NCBI GenBank assembly: GCA_963823035.1
Contig: CAWGKG010000023.1
Location: forward strand, 160,001-224,000
Direction: 5' to 3'
Length of the DNA stretch: 64,000 nt
Origin: an uncultured Gemmatimonadales bacterium
Lineage (GTDB): Bacteria; Gemmatimonadota; Gemmatimonadetes; Longimicrobiales; Gaopeijiaceae
Under the pieces are notes generated by a model. It was not told the DNA's origin and made no database searches. It saw only the letters and a program-made list of their open reading frames with translations. A program made the position numbers and the translations under genes. Each line of letters opens with the position of its first letter. The first letter of the stretch is position 1. Of the stretch, positions 51,230 through 61,429 are shown one piece after another.

Positions 51230-53254
51230 CTACCCTTTCGCCTCGGGGAACTCGGTGACGCGGAGGTTCGTGCACCCGTAGGGGATGAGCACCACCTCCT
51301 CCACGGGCTCGTCGGAGACCTGCGCGCCGGGGCGGACCTCGCCCGCCCATCCGTGCTCGAGCTTCCAGCCGGGCAGCTTGCGCGCACGAACGCGTGCCAG
51401 CATGCCGGCCCCTTCCGGAGAGAAGGGGAGCTCACCGACCGGCCGCTCCTCGAAGGTCACCGACGCTTCGGGCGCCTCGGGATCCGCGACGAGGCCGTAG
51501 TTCCATGCGGAGCCGGGGCGCACCTCCCAGTCGCCGTGCGGCAGCTCACGGTTCGGCTGATCGGCGTGCACCCGCGCCCACTCCTCCTCGATGCGCAGGC
51601 TGTAGGCGAGCGGCCCCCGCTCGACGGCCAGGGCGCCGTTGTAGCGGCGCGCGACGCGCGGGCGCATCGGCAGGCGCACCTCGACCGTGGTCGGTCCACT
51701 CCACCGCCGCTCCACGCGGTGGAACGTACCGGGACGCGCGTCGGCGGCCGGCCCGCCGCCCACGCGGACGGTGGCGCCTTCCGCCCACGCCGGCACGCGC
51801 AGGAGGAGGGGGAAGGAGGCGGCGCGCTCCGGCGTCACCGTCACCGTCATCGTCTCCCGGAAGGGATAGTCGGTGTCGAGTGCGACCGCGACCGGGACCT
51901 CGCCCGAACGGAAGCGCGCCTCGCTGGGAGCGTACGCGACCGCGGCGATGCCCTCGTCCGGCGTCTTCATCCACAGGTGCGCCGCCAGCTTGGGCCACCC
52001 CTGGTGCATGTTCGACGCGCAGCAGCCGTACTCCGGCGCCAGGCCGTAGATGTTCGCCTCGGCTCCGTTCGTGGACCACATGAAGTCCGGGTTGACCGTG
52101 CACTGCACCTGGTTGACCTGCTGGTCGTACTGGTGCCCCCACATGTCGGGCTTGAAGGTAGCCGGCAGCGCGTTGTACGCGACCCGCTCGAGACGGTCAC
52201 CGAAGGCGGCGTCCCCGAAGACCGAGAGAAGGACCTCCATCGAGTACATGAACTCGACCACGGAGCAGAGCTCCGTGCCCTGCACCGGGTTCCTCCCCGC
52301 AAGGCACTCGTCGCCCGCGAACATCCCGTTGAACTGGCCGTGGTACCGGTCGAGGATCTCGAGCATGCGCGCGGGGAAGGCCCTGTCCTCCTCCCGCGGG
52401 TCGCAGCCGCCAGGAAAGCGCGGCGGCCTTGGGCGCCATCGCCGGTGTTCACGACGTGCTTGTCCCACGTCCACAGCCCGCGACGCGGCGTGGGCGCGGT
52501 GATCTCCTCGCCCGCGTAGATCGCGGGGTAGTCGGTGCCCTGCGCACGCAGCGTACGCGCCAGATCGAGGAGCCACGGCTCGCCGGTCCGCTCGTAGACG
52601 TAGAACGCCGGGACGAGACCCTCGAACCAGCGGTACTTCCCCCACGCGAAGAGGGGCCGTTCCGCCAGGCTCGCCCTGCAGCGACTTCAGGCTCGCCGAC
52701 ACCGCGCGCAGCGTGCGCTCGTCGCCGGACGCCTCGTGGTACTGCACCAGCGCCTTGTTCACGAGGAGGATCGCCCACACGTCGTACGGCTCGTTCGCCG
52801 GCGCCGACGCCATCGGGCCGTAGGTCCCGTCCGGCCGCTGGCCGCCCAGGATCTGGTCGACGCGGCGCGCCACCTTCGCCTTCAGCGCCGCGTCGTCGAG
52901 GATCCAGGCCAACGGGATCGCGCCGTCGAGCCAGTAGGGCGCCCGCTCCCACCCCTCGGCGGCGCCACCGAACCACTTGCTCTCGGCGACGTCGGGCCAG
53001 AACTCGTCGAGATGGCCGGTCAGCCCCTCCGCCTGGAGGTGGAGCTGACGCGCCAGCCATCCTCGCGGGCGGATGGAGCCGAGCGGAAGGGGGCGGAAGG
53101 CCGGATCGGCCAGGCCCGCGCGTCGGGCGACGGGCGGCGCGGGCGACGCGGTGGCCCCTCGCTCGAGGTCCAGCAGGCCGGGCACGCCCACGGCGGCCAT
53201 CGCGGAGGTCCCGGTGGCGACCCGGGTCAGGAACGCACGGCGATCCAGCGGCAT
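51230..53254 (-). CDS. GH127-like glycoside hydrolase (beta-L-arabinofuranosidase family), Tat-exported; compensating frameshifts between about 52670 and 52400
   Basis: Tat motif DRRAFL; PRGWL, WERAPYWLDG, GTELCSVVE, LERVAYNALP, YGCCASNMHQGW, TDYPF and LIPYG. Confidence 0.85.
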   Translation of the reverse strand: MPLDRRAFLTRVATGTSAMAAVGVPGLLDLERGATASPAPPVARRAGLADPAFRPLPLGSIRPRGWLARQLHLQAEGLTGHLDEFWPDVAESKWFGGAAEGWERAPYWLDGAIPLAWILDDAALKAKVARRVDQILGGQRPDGTYGPMASAPANEPYDVWAILLVNKALVQYHEASGDERTLRAVSASLKSLQGEPGGTAPLRVGEVPLVRGSRPGVLRLRADRRAVAPRSGAYAACAGHRLPRDLRGRGDHRAHAASRAVDVGQARREHRRWRPRPPRFPGGCDPREEDRAFPARMLEILDRYHGQFNGMFAGDECLAGRNPVQGTELCSVVEFMYSMEVLLSVFGDAAFGDRLERVAYNALPATFKPDMWGHQYDQQVNQVQCTVNPDFMWSTNGAEANIYGLAPEYGCCASNMHQGWPKLAAHLWMKTPDEGIAAVAYAPSEARFRSGEVPVAVALDTDYPFRETMTVTVTPERAASFPLLLRVPAWAEGATVRVGGGPAADARPGTFHRVERRWSGPTTVEVRLPMRPRVARRYNGALAVERGPLAYSLRIEEEWARVHADQPNRELPHGDWEVRPGSAWNYGLVADPEAPEASVTFEERPVGELPFSPEGAGMLARVRARKLPGWKLEHGWAGEVRPGAQVSDEPVEEVVLIPYGCTNLRVTEFPEAKG

Positions 53255-53457
53255 CTCGGAAATCTCCTTCACGGCATGCGGGCAGCCTCGTCGATGCTGA
53301 AGGTAGGGGGCGAACGATGGACCCGCACTCGCCGATCGGCGCGCCCATCGGCGCGCTTCGACGTGCTCCGGGCGGATGCACACGATATGGTGGTGTGCGC
53401 CGCCGGCCCCTCCCTCCGAGACCGCCGCCGGGAACGTCCGATCGCTCGGAGAGCCAC

Positions 53458-55712
53458 GTGAACGCCACGCCGATCCTCGCCGCCACGCTTCGCACCCGCG
53501 CCACGCTCGTCGCCGCGCTTCTGGCCGCGACGCTCGGGCGTCGCACCGGAGTCCCACGGCGGCCCTGTCCGCGCAGACGCCGGCCTCCGGCCTCGTGACG
53601 CGCTGGGCGGCGGACGTCGACACGGCCGCGCCGCTTCCCGAGTACCCGAGGCCCCAGATGACCAGGCCCGCCTGGCAGAGCCTGAACGGCTGGTGGGACT
53701 ATGCCGTGCGGGACAGCGCGGCTTCCCGCCCCGACACGTGGGACGGCCGTATCCTGGTGCCGTTCGCCATCGAGTCGCAGCTCAGCCGCGTGGGGCGCAC
53801 CGTGGCCCCCACGGAACGGCTCTGGTACCACCGGACCTTCCGCGCGCCGCCGTCGGGAGACGGTCGACTGCTCCTGCATTTCGGCGCGGTCGACTGGGCG
53901 ACCGTGGTCTGGGTGAACGGCCGCCGGGTAGGCGAGCACCGCGGCGGCTACGACCCCTTCACGGTCGACGTCACCGACGCGCTCGGCCCCGGCGCCGAGC
54001 AGGAGCTCGTGGTGGCGGTCACCGACCCCACGGACGCCGGGAGTCAGCCGCGCGGAAAGCAGGTCGCCCGCCCCCACGGCATCTGGTACACGTCCGTGAC
54101 CGGGATCTGGCAGTCGGTCTGGCTCGAGCCCGTGCCGGCGGCCCACGTCACCGCGCTCGACATCCGCCCCGACGTGGATTCGTCCCGCGTGGTGGTGCGC
54201 GTCGACGCGGCGGGCGCGCCGGCGAACGCGAGCGTCGAGGTCGAGGCGCTCGTCGACGGGAAGAGCGTCGCTCGCGCAGGAGGCCGCATCGGCACGGCCA
54301 TCGCCCTCCCGATCGCCCGAGCCCCACCTGTGGGCGCCGGGCGACCCCTTCCTCTACGACCTGCGCGTGCGCCTGGCGGGCGGCGACTCCGTGTCGAGCT
54401 ACTTCGGGATGCGGAAGATCGCGGTGGCTGCCGACAGCTTCGGGGTGCTTCGTCTCTTCCTGAACGGACGGCCGCTCTTCCAGTACGGGCTGCTCGACCA
54501 GGGGTGGTGGCCCGACGGGCTCTACACCGCCCCCACCGACGAGGCGCTGCGCTACGACCTCGAGGCGACGCAGCGCATGGGCTTCAACATGGCGCGCAAG
54601 CACGTCAAGGTGGAGCCGGCGCGCTGGTACTGGCACGCCGACCGCCTCGGCCTCCTCGTCTGGCAGGACATGCCCAGCGCCGACAATGAGACCGTGGCTT
54701 CGCGCGAGCAGTTCTCGGTCGAGCTGCGCCGCATGGTCGACGCGCTGCGCAACCACCCCTCGATCGTGATGTGGGTACCCTTCAACGAGGGGTGGGGGCA
54801 GCACGACACCGAGCGGACCACCACCTGGCTCGCCGCGTACGACCCCACGCGCCTGGTCAACAGCGCCACCGGGTGGACGGACAAGGGCGTCGGCGACGTG
54901 GTGGACGAGCACGCCTACCCCGGACCGGCCATCCCTGAACGACGACGGCCGGCGCGCGCGCGTTCTCGGGGAGTTCGGTGGGCTCGGCCTCCCGCTCGAG
55001 GGGCATACCTGGGTGCCCCAGGACAACTGGGGCTACCGGACGTTCGCGGACACCGCCGCGCTCGGCACGGCCTACCTGGGCCTCCTGACGCAGCTCCGCT
55101 TCCTGGAGAGCGAGGGGCTCGCGGCCGCGGTCTACACGCAGACCACCGACGTGGAGGTCGAGGTCAACGGCATGATGACCTACGACCGCGCGGTGGTGAA
55201 GCTGCCACCCGCGGCGCGGGAGGCGGCCGCGAGGCTGTATGGACCCGGACCGACCGTCAGGGCGCTGGTGCCCACCTCCCGGGGTGAGGGCGTGGCGTGG
55301 CGCTACACCACCGCCGAGCCGCCCGCCGCGTGGATCGAGCCGGGCTTCGACGACGGCGCCTGGCGCGAGGGCGTCGGGTGGGTTCGGGAGCACGCGGGAC
55401 TCGGGGACGCGGGTGCGCACGCCGTGGACCACGTCGGATCTCTGGCTGCGGAGGACCTTCCTGATCCCCGACCGGCCGCTGACCGACCCACACCTCGTGG
55501 TCCGCTACGACGAGGACGCCGACGTGTGGATCGACGGCCGGCACGTGGCCACCCTCCCCGGCTACAACCGGGCGTACTCCGTCCTCCCGCTCGACGCCGA
55601 CGCGCGCCGGCTCCTCACACCCGGCGCCCACACGCTCGCCGTCCACGTGAGGAACGCGCGCGGGGGCCAGTTCATCGACCTGGGGATCGTGGAGGTACTC
55701 GGCGCCCGCTGA
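53458..55712 (+). CDS. GH2 glycoside hydrolase (about 4 frameshifts)
   Basis: PEYPRPQ, LHFGAVDW, HRGGYDPF, TGIWQSVWLE, LDQGWWPDG, RKHVK, NHPSI and PFNEGWGQ. Confidence 0.85.
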
Positions 55713-55811
55713 ACGTGGCCGGCGGCGCACGCGACCTCAGCCTTGCTCGCCGAGGGGGGTAGCCAGATGTTCCGGCATTCGCAGCCCCCGATGCCCCAGC
55801 GACGCGGACCC

Positions 55812-57132
55812 ATGCGCCCATCCAAGCTCCTCATCCTCCCGATCCTCTTCCTGGCGGCGTGCCGCGGCGAGCCTTCCGGAGACGTGGCCACGGTCGCCGA
55901 GCAGGCGCTCACGCAGGAACAGCTCCTGGGCTACATGGCCCGAGCGGGACGGTCGGGGACCGACACCTACGCGCTCGCGGACGCGTTCGCAGAGGGATGG
56001 CTGGACCTCGCGCTCGTCGCCGAGGCGGTGGGCCAGGGCCTCACGCCCGAGGACACCGCCCTGCAACGCGAGGTCCTGGCGCCGCAAGTCCTGACCGAGC
56101 ACCTGCGCCGCTTGCAGAACGCCCTCGCCGTCGCCCGGAATCCGCTCACCGAGGCCGAGCTCGAGCGCACCTTCCGCGGGGACAGCCTCCGGCTCTACCA
56201 GCGCATCCTCGTGCGGGTGCCCAACAGGCGGAACCCCCTCATCACGGAGAGCCGACGGGCACGCGCGGACTCGATCCTCGCGCTGGCGCAGGCCGGCGCC
56301 CCCTTCGATCGACTGGCCATGGAGCTGTCGGAAGGGCCGAGGGCCTCCATCGGCGGGTACCTCGCCGTGGTGACCCGCAGCGGGGTTTCGGCCCCCTTCC
56401 GCGATTCGCTCTGGGCGATGGAGCCCGGCGGTGTGTCACCGGTGCTCGCCGATCGACGAGGGCTTCCAGATCCTCCGACGGCCTCCCTTCGAGGAGGCGC
56501 GCGAGCAGCTCGCCGCGCACCTCCTCCGCATCGAGGGCGCGCGCGCGGACTCCCTCCTGGCCGACAGCCTCGCCACGGCGAAGGGGCTGTCCCTTCTCCC
56601 CTCGACGGCGAGACGGCTCCGGGCCGTCCTCACGGACCCCGACAGCCTGGCTCCGGATTCTCTCTGGATCGTCCGCTTCGACGACGGCGGCGTTTCGCCC
56701 GCGGAAGCCTGGCACTGGCTCTCCGCCCTACCGGACGCCGCGCGTCTCTCCCTCGCGAGGGCATCCGACGTGGACCTGGAGGCGCGCGGCTCGCTCCGTC
56801 GGCAGGAACGAGCTCCTCTACCGAATGGCTCAGGCGCGGCGGCATCGACGTCACCGACGACGAGATGGCGGAGCTGCGCACGGCATTCGTCTCGGCCGCC
56901 GACTCCCTCTTCGCGACGTTCGCCGGCGCGGACGGGCCGAGGCGGTCGGAGCTGGTGGACTCGATCGTCGGCTCGGTGCTCGAGGGGCGCCCGACCCGCT
57001 GCTTCCGGCGGGCCTCGCGCCGGCCCTCCGCGCGCGCATGCCCCACGCGCTCGACCGTGACGCGCTGGCCGCCGTCGCCCGCGAGGCCTCCTACGAGGTC
57101 CGCGGCGGACAGCGCGCATCTCGGGAGGCTGA
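55812..57132 (+). CDS. SurA/PpiC-type peptidyl-prolyl isomerase-like lipoprotein (frameshifted; end approximate)
   Basis: Lipobox LAAC; QRILV, FDRLAMELSEGP..GGYL, MEPGGVSPV and GFQIL, resembling a degenerate parvulin domain. Confidence 0.65.
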
Positions 57133-57157
57133 CCCGCCGACCGCGGGCCCCCGGAAC

Positions 57158-57195
57158 GACGAAGGGGGGTGGGCCGCTCGCCCACCCCCCTCGTC
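57158..57195. terminator. GC-rich hairpin between convergent genes
   Basis: GGGGGGTGGGC-CGCTC-GCCCACCCCCC, extended by GACGA/TCGTC. No U-tract. Confidence 0.6.
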
Positions 57196-57220
57196 ATGTG
57201 CCCATCAGGGCGACCCGACG

Positions 57221-58223
57221 CTACGCGACGTTCGACCCCCGCCGGCGCCGCACCAGCGCGATGCCGAGCAGCCCGGTGAGCATGAGGAGGATCGTCGCCG
57301 GCTCCGGCACGATGTGCTCCTCCAGCCACGCCGCGTGCGGCCGCGATCGGCACGTATCCACCGAACTCCCCGAAGCTCGAGTTGAGAGCCAGGTCGACGT
57401 CCCCGACGACCATGTCGCCGAACGTGAGGCCGAAGGAGGCCACGGCGGCGAGGCGTCCGCCCACGAAGAGCGGGCCGCCCGAGTCACCCGGCGCGCTCAT
57501 CGCCTCGAGGTCACCGAGGCCGAGGTCGCAGTAGGCGGCGTTCGTGGCCGTGAAGAAGGCCGTCAGACGGCAGGAGGCATCCTGTGCCGCGAGGCCGTTG
57601 TCGAAGTCGGAGAAGAGGATGTCGTAGTCGCCCCAGAATCCGGCCCAGACCGGGTCCGCGCCGGTGAAGTCGAAGCGGTTGTAGCCGTGGCGGCGAAGGC
57701 CGGCCGGCATCGTGGCGCCGGTGGCCCCCGTCCCCGAGCCCCGAATCCGACCTCGTCGTAGACCTCGCCGACCGCGTCGCCGGTGAAGAGGTCGTAGCTC
57801 TCGACGTCGAGGACCCTGCCGGTCCCGAGATCGATGACGCCGATGTCGTTGGGGTCGATCACGCTCCCGGTGTATCCGGACTTGATCGTGTAGGACGTCG
57901 TCGTGCGGATGACCGTGCCTCCGGCGGGCGGGAAGAACACCGCGTCGACGCTCGTCGCGTCCAGGAGACAGTGCGCTGCCGTGACCACGCCGATGCGCCG
58001 CGCCGACCAGCGAGCCCGTGCACAGGAAGGTCCCGGTCGGCTTCGTGATCAGGAGCCCGGCCACCCCGTCGTAGCCGATGCCTGGGGGCGCCGCGTAGAT
58101 CGGCAGGGACGGATCCGACGCCGTCACGATCGTCGAACGGGCCGTGTACGAGAGGTCGGGCCCATCCGGCGGGGCCGGAGCGAGCGCGGCGACGAGCGCG
58201 AGGACGGGTAGCAGCGATGACAT
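57221..58223 (-). CDS. Trypsin-like serine protease with a PEP-CTERM sorting signal (about 3 frameshifts)
   Basis: Signal peptide; CTGSL, VTAAHC, NDIGVI, PGDSGGP; C-terminal VPEPATILLMLTGLLGIALVRRRR. Confidence 0.88.
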
Positions 58224-58340
58224 GGCATTGGACCCTCAGCGGAGGCTCAATCGGGGGGAAGCCGCGACGAGTATCCGGCACCTTACGACGCGACGGATGT
58301 TCCTGCAAGACCTTTGGCAAGGGAACCCCGGCGGGAAACG

Positions 58341-59126
58341 TCAGAAGGTCAGGCGCAGCCCCGCCACCCCGGTCACGTAGTCCTGCAGGTCGATGTCGAT
58401 CGGAAGGCGGAAGGACAGCTCCGGCCGCCCGCGCACGTGCACCAACCTCAGGAACACCGCGAGATCCTGCTGGGTGCGGGCGTCGAACCCTCCCGCGCCC
58501 GTGAGCCGAACGGTACCCGCCACCCTCCCACCGGCCTGCAACGCCCGGCTGAAGCCCAGCCCCAGCGCGGCCTCGAGACGTGCGCGCACGTCGGTTCCCG
58601 ACCCGTCGTGGGGCGCCAGCGCGATCGCGCCGACGCTCAGGTCTCCGACCGATCCGTCGCGGAACGTCACGTGGGGAGCGAACGCGACGCTCACGCCCCA
58701 CCGTCCCGGGAGGTACCGCTCACGGTGCACCAGGTCGGAGAGGAGCGCCATGTCGGTCGCGAAGTCGTCGTCCCCGAGCTCCCTGGCCAGCGGCACGGAG
58801 ACGAGCAGCTCGACGGGGATGCCCCCGGGATGCGCCCACACGCCCACCGCCGGATTCGCCACCGTCAGGCTTCGCGCCCGGCCGGCCGTCGAGTACGCGA
58901 AGCCCGCACGGACGATCCAGCCGCCTCCCGTCCACCGTGGAACGCGCGCCTCCGCGTCGACGAGCCCTGAGACGAGGTCGTAGTTCTCGCCCATGAGCGG
59001 TCGCGAGAGAGCGACCTCGAAGGCGCGTCGCGCACCCGCCCCCGGGCTCGGCGCCTCCTGCGCCCGCACCGCCGGGGCCGCGAGGACGAGGCACGCGAGA
59101 AGGTTGGCCGCCCCCGCGGCCCTCAT
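58341..59126 (-). CDS. Hypothetical outer-membrane beta-barrel protein
   Basis: Signal peptide ending VRA; alternating strands; C-terminal GLRLTF. ATGA overlap with the upstream esterase. Confidence 0.55.
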   Translation of the reverse strand: MRAAGAANLLACLVLAAPAVRAQEAPSPGAGARRAFEVALSRPLMGENYDLVSGLVDAEARVPRWTGGGWIVRAGFAYSTAGRARSLTVANPAVGVWAHPGGIPVELLVSVPLARELGDDDFATDMALLSDLVHRERYLPGRWGVSVAFAPHVTFRDGSVGDLSVGAIALAPHDGSGTDVRARLEAALGLGFSRALQAGGRVAGTVRLTGAGGFDARTQQDLAVFLRLVHVRGRPELSFRLPIDIDLQDYVTGVAGLRLTF

Positions 59127-60079
59127 GGCGCACCCGCACCGAAGAAGGCGAGGATCTCGGCCGTGGCGTCGAGGTTCCGGCTCAGCTTCCCCGTGCTCTT
59201 CGGCCAGGGTCCGGTGGGGCCCGGCCAGGTGTGTCCGCCTCCGTTCACGCGATCGAGGCGCACCCGACCGCCGGCGGCGCACCCCTGGTAGCGCTCGATC
59301 GTGACCGTGGTGCCGTCGCCGTTGTCGTCGGGGCGCGTCTCCTGGGCGGGCTGCCCGCCGCAGCCCTCGACGTCCGCCCACAGCGCGACCATGTCGGGCG
59401 CGGACAGGATGTTGGCGCCCGTACCGAAGCCGCCGTAGAAGAAGACGGGATCGGCGTCCCCGTGCACGACGATGACCGGGAAGGGGGCACGCGGAGCGCA
59501 CCGCTCGGCGACGACGCGCAGGATCAGCCCGGCCACCGCCGCGACGCCGGCCGGCGGACGTTCGCTCACGCATCCATAGCGCTGGGCGAGCTGCGCTCCC
59601 TGCGAGTACCCGGCCACGAACACGCGCATGGTGTCGATCGGCAGCCCCGCCGCCAGTTGGCGGACGAGGGTGTTCAGGAACGCGATGTCGTTCACACCCG
59701 CCAGCTCCGCGTCCGTGCACCCGCACCCCACCGCCCAGCTCCCCGCGAAGCCGTCGGGATAGACGGCCACGAAGCCCGCCTCGTCCGTGCGTGCGTCGGC
59801 GGCGATGCGCGCACGAAAGCCGCGTCCGGTGTCGCCGGCCCCGTGCAGGACGATCAGGAGGGGCCGATCCGCACCCGTCTCCGCCCCATCGGGCACGTGC
59901 AGGTCGTAGGTGCGATCGTAGGAGCCCGAGTGCACCCACTGTCCCAGCTGGCCCTCGCCCTCCTGCTTGGAGAAGTCCACCTCGGGGGCGGTTCCCGACG
60001 CCGCGCAGGCGGCGATCCCGATCCACGCCGAGAGGACGAGGATGCGTCCCGTCACGGTGCCACGTCCGAAGCCCTTCAT
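59123..60079 (-). CDS. PHB depolymerase/LpqC-type esterase lipoprotein
   Basis: Lipobox IAAC; LIVLHG, VYPDG, GYSQG, HGDAD and GGGHTWPG. Confidence 0.85.
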   Translation of the reverse strand: MKGFGRGTVTGRILVLSAWIGIAACAASGTAPEVDFSKQEGEGQLGQWVHSGSYDRTYDLHVPDGAETGADRPLLIVLHGAGDTGRGFRARIAADARTDEAGFVAVYPDGFAGSWAVGCGCTDAELAGVNDIAFLNTLVRQLAAGLPIDTMRVFVAGYSQGAQLAQRYGCVSERPPAGVAAVAGLILRVVAERCAPRAPFPVIVVHGDADPVFFYGGFGTGANILSAPDMVALWADVEGCGGQPAQETRPDDNGDGTTVTIERYQGCAAGGRVRLDRVNGGGHTWPGPTGPWPKSTGKLSRNLDATAEILAFFGAGAP

Positions 60080-60151
60080 CCCGCGCTCACTCCCTTCCTC
60101 GGCGCCGCGTGCGTTCTTTCCGCTCGCCCTTACGAGGGTCCGCGAACCGCC

Positions 60152-61306
60152 TTACCGCGCGGGCCCGGCGTCCGGGACCATCCTGAAGACCACGCCCTCG
60201 TCCACGCCCACGTAGATGAAGCCGTCGGGACCCTGCTCCACGGCCCGGAAGCGGAGATCGAGGTCCCGGAGGAGCCCCTCCTCGTGGAGCACGCGGCCGC
60301 GCTCGAGGACGATGCGAACCAGGCGGCGCGCGCGACCCATCGCGCCCGCGAAGAGGTTCCCCCTCCAACGCGGGAAGGCGTCCCCCGTGTAGAAGAACAG
60401 GTCGCTCGGCGCCGTGAGCCGCTCGAAGACGAACACCGGCTGCTCGACGCCCTCCGCGTGCGTCCGCCCCTCCCCCACGGGTGTGCCGTCATACTCGATC
60501 CCCCAGGACACGAGGGGCCAGCCGTAGTTCGCGCCGCGGCGCAGGAGGTTGAGCTCGTCTCCGCCCAACGGACCGTGCTCGTCGATCCAGATCTCTCCGG
60601 GGCGCGGGTCCCGCGCCATCCCCTGAGGGTTGCGATGCCCGAGCGTCCAGATCTCGGGGCGCGCGTCCGGCGTCGCCGTGAAGGGGTTGTCCCCGGGCAG
60701 GCGACCGTCGGAGCGGATGCGGATCACCTTCCCCAGGTGGGACCCGAGGTCCTGGGCCTCCCACCGATGATGATGCTCGCCCACCGTGACGAAGAGCCAA
60801 GGCCCGTCCAGGAGGAGCCTCCCCCCATAGTGGTACGCGGTGTCACGCGCGGGCTCGGCACGGAACAGGCGCGTCACCTCCACCAGGCGGCTGCCCTCGA
60901 GCCGGGCGCGCGCCACCTCGAGCGCGGACGCGAGCGAGTCGCCCACGGACCAGGAGAGGTAGAGCAGGTGGTCGTCGGCGAACGTCGGAGACACGACCAC
61001 GTCGTGCAGCCCCGCATCCAGCGCGCCGAACACCGCCGGGAGGCCCTCGACGGGCACCACCTCCCGGGACGCCACGTCCACGATGCTCAGGCGTCCGGCG
61101 GGGCGCTCGGCGAGGAGGAGCCTACCGTCCGGGAGGAAGGCCAGCGCAGACGGCGTCTCCACCCCCGTGACGATCGTCTCCAGTCGGAACCGGACGCCTC
61201 CCTCGGACTCGATCGCGGTGTCCGGGAGGGTCTGCCCCCCCGCCGCCCCCGCCGTCCCGCACATCGCGATCGCCGCCGCCGCCCACCCCGCACCCCGTCG
61301 ATCCAT
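60152..61306 (-). CDS. PQQ-dependent sugar dehydrogenase (YliI/Asd family)
   Basis: LAFLPDG, HYGGRL, AQDLGSHLGK, PGDNPF, GHRNPQG, EHGPLGGDELN and GANYGWP; RBS GGAGGAGG. Confidence 0.9.
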   Translation of the reverse strand: MDRRGAGWAAAAIAMCGTAGAAGGQTLPDTAIESEGGVRFRLETIVTGVETPSALAFLPDGRLLLAERPAGRLSIVDVASREVVPVEGLPAVFGALDAGLHDVVVSPTFADDHLLYLSWSVGDSLASALEVARARLEGSRLVEVTRLFRAEPARDTAYHYGGRLLLDGPWLFVTVGEHHHRWEAQDLGSHLGKVIRIRSDGRLPGDNPFTATPDARPEIWTLGHRNPQGMARDPRPGEIWIDEHGPLGGDELNLLRRGANYGWPLVSWGIEYDGTPVGEGRTHAEGVEQPVFVFERLTAPSDLFFYTGDAFPRWRGNLFAGAMGRARRLVRIVLERGRVLHEEGLLRDLDLRFRAVEQGPDGFIYVGVDEGVVFRMVPDAGPAR

Positions 61307-61394
61307 GCGTCCTCCTCCTCGATCCACGTCCACCCCGTGCCTTCCGACCCCACCACCCTATCCCCTTTCCCATCGATCAAGCCAATTGAATGAA

Positions 61395-61427
61395 TTGACA
61401 CATCCAATCGATGATTTTTATCATCGA
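61395..61427 (+). promoter_or_regulatory. LysR promoter with an overlapping palindromic operator
   Basis: TTGACA (61395-61400)-N18-TATCAT (61419-61424); perfect 8-4-8 palindrome TCGATGAT-TTTT-ATCATCGA (61408-61427). Confidence 0.7.
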
Positions 61428-61429
61428 GC

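Noticed and set aside
58304..58319. Possible sigma54 promoter for the PEP-CTERM gene (minus strand TGCCAAAGGTCTTGCA)
   Set aside because: The invariant GG at -24 reads GC.
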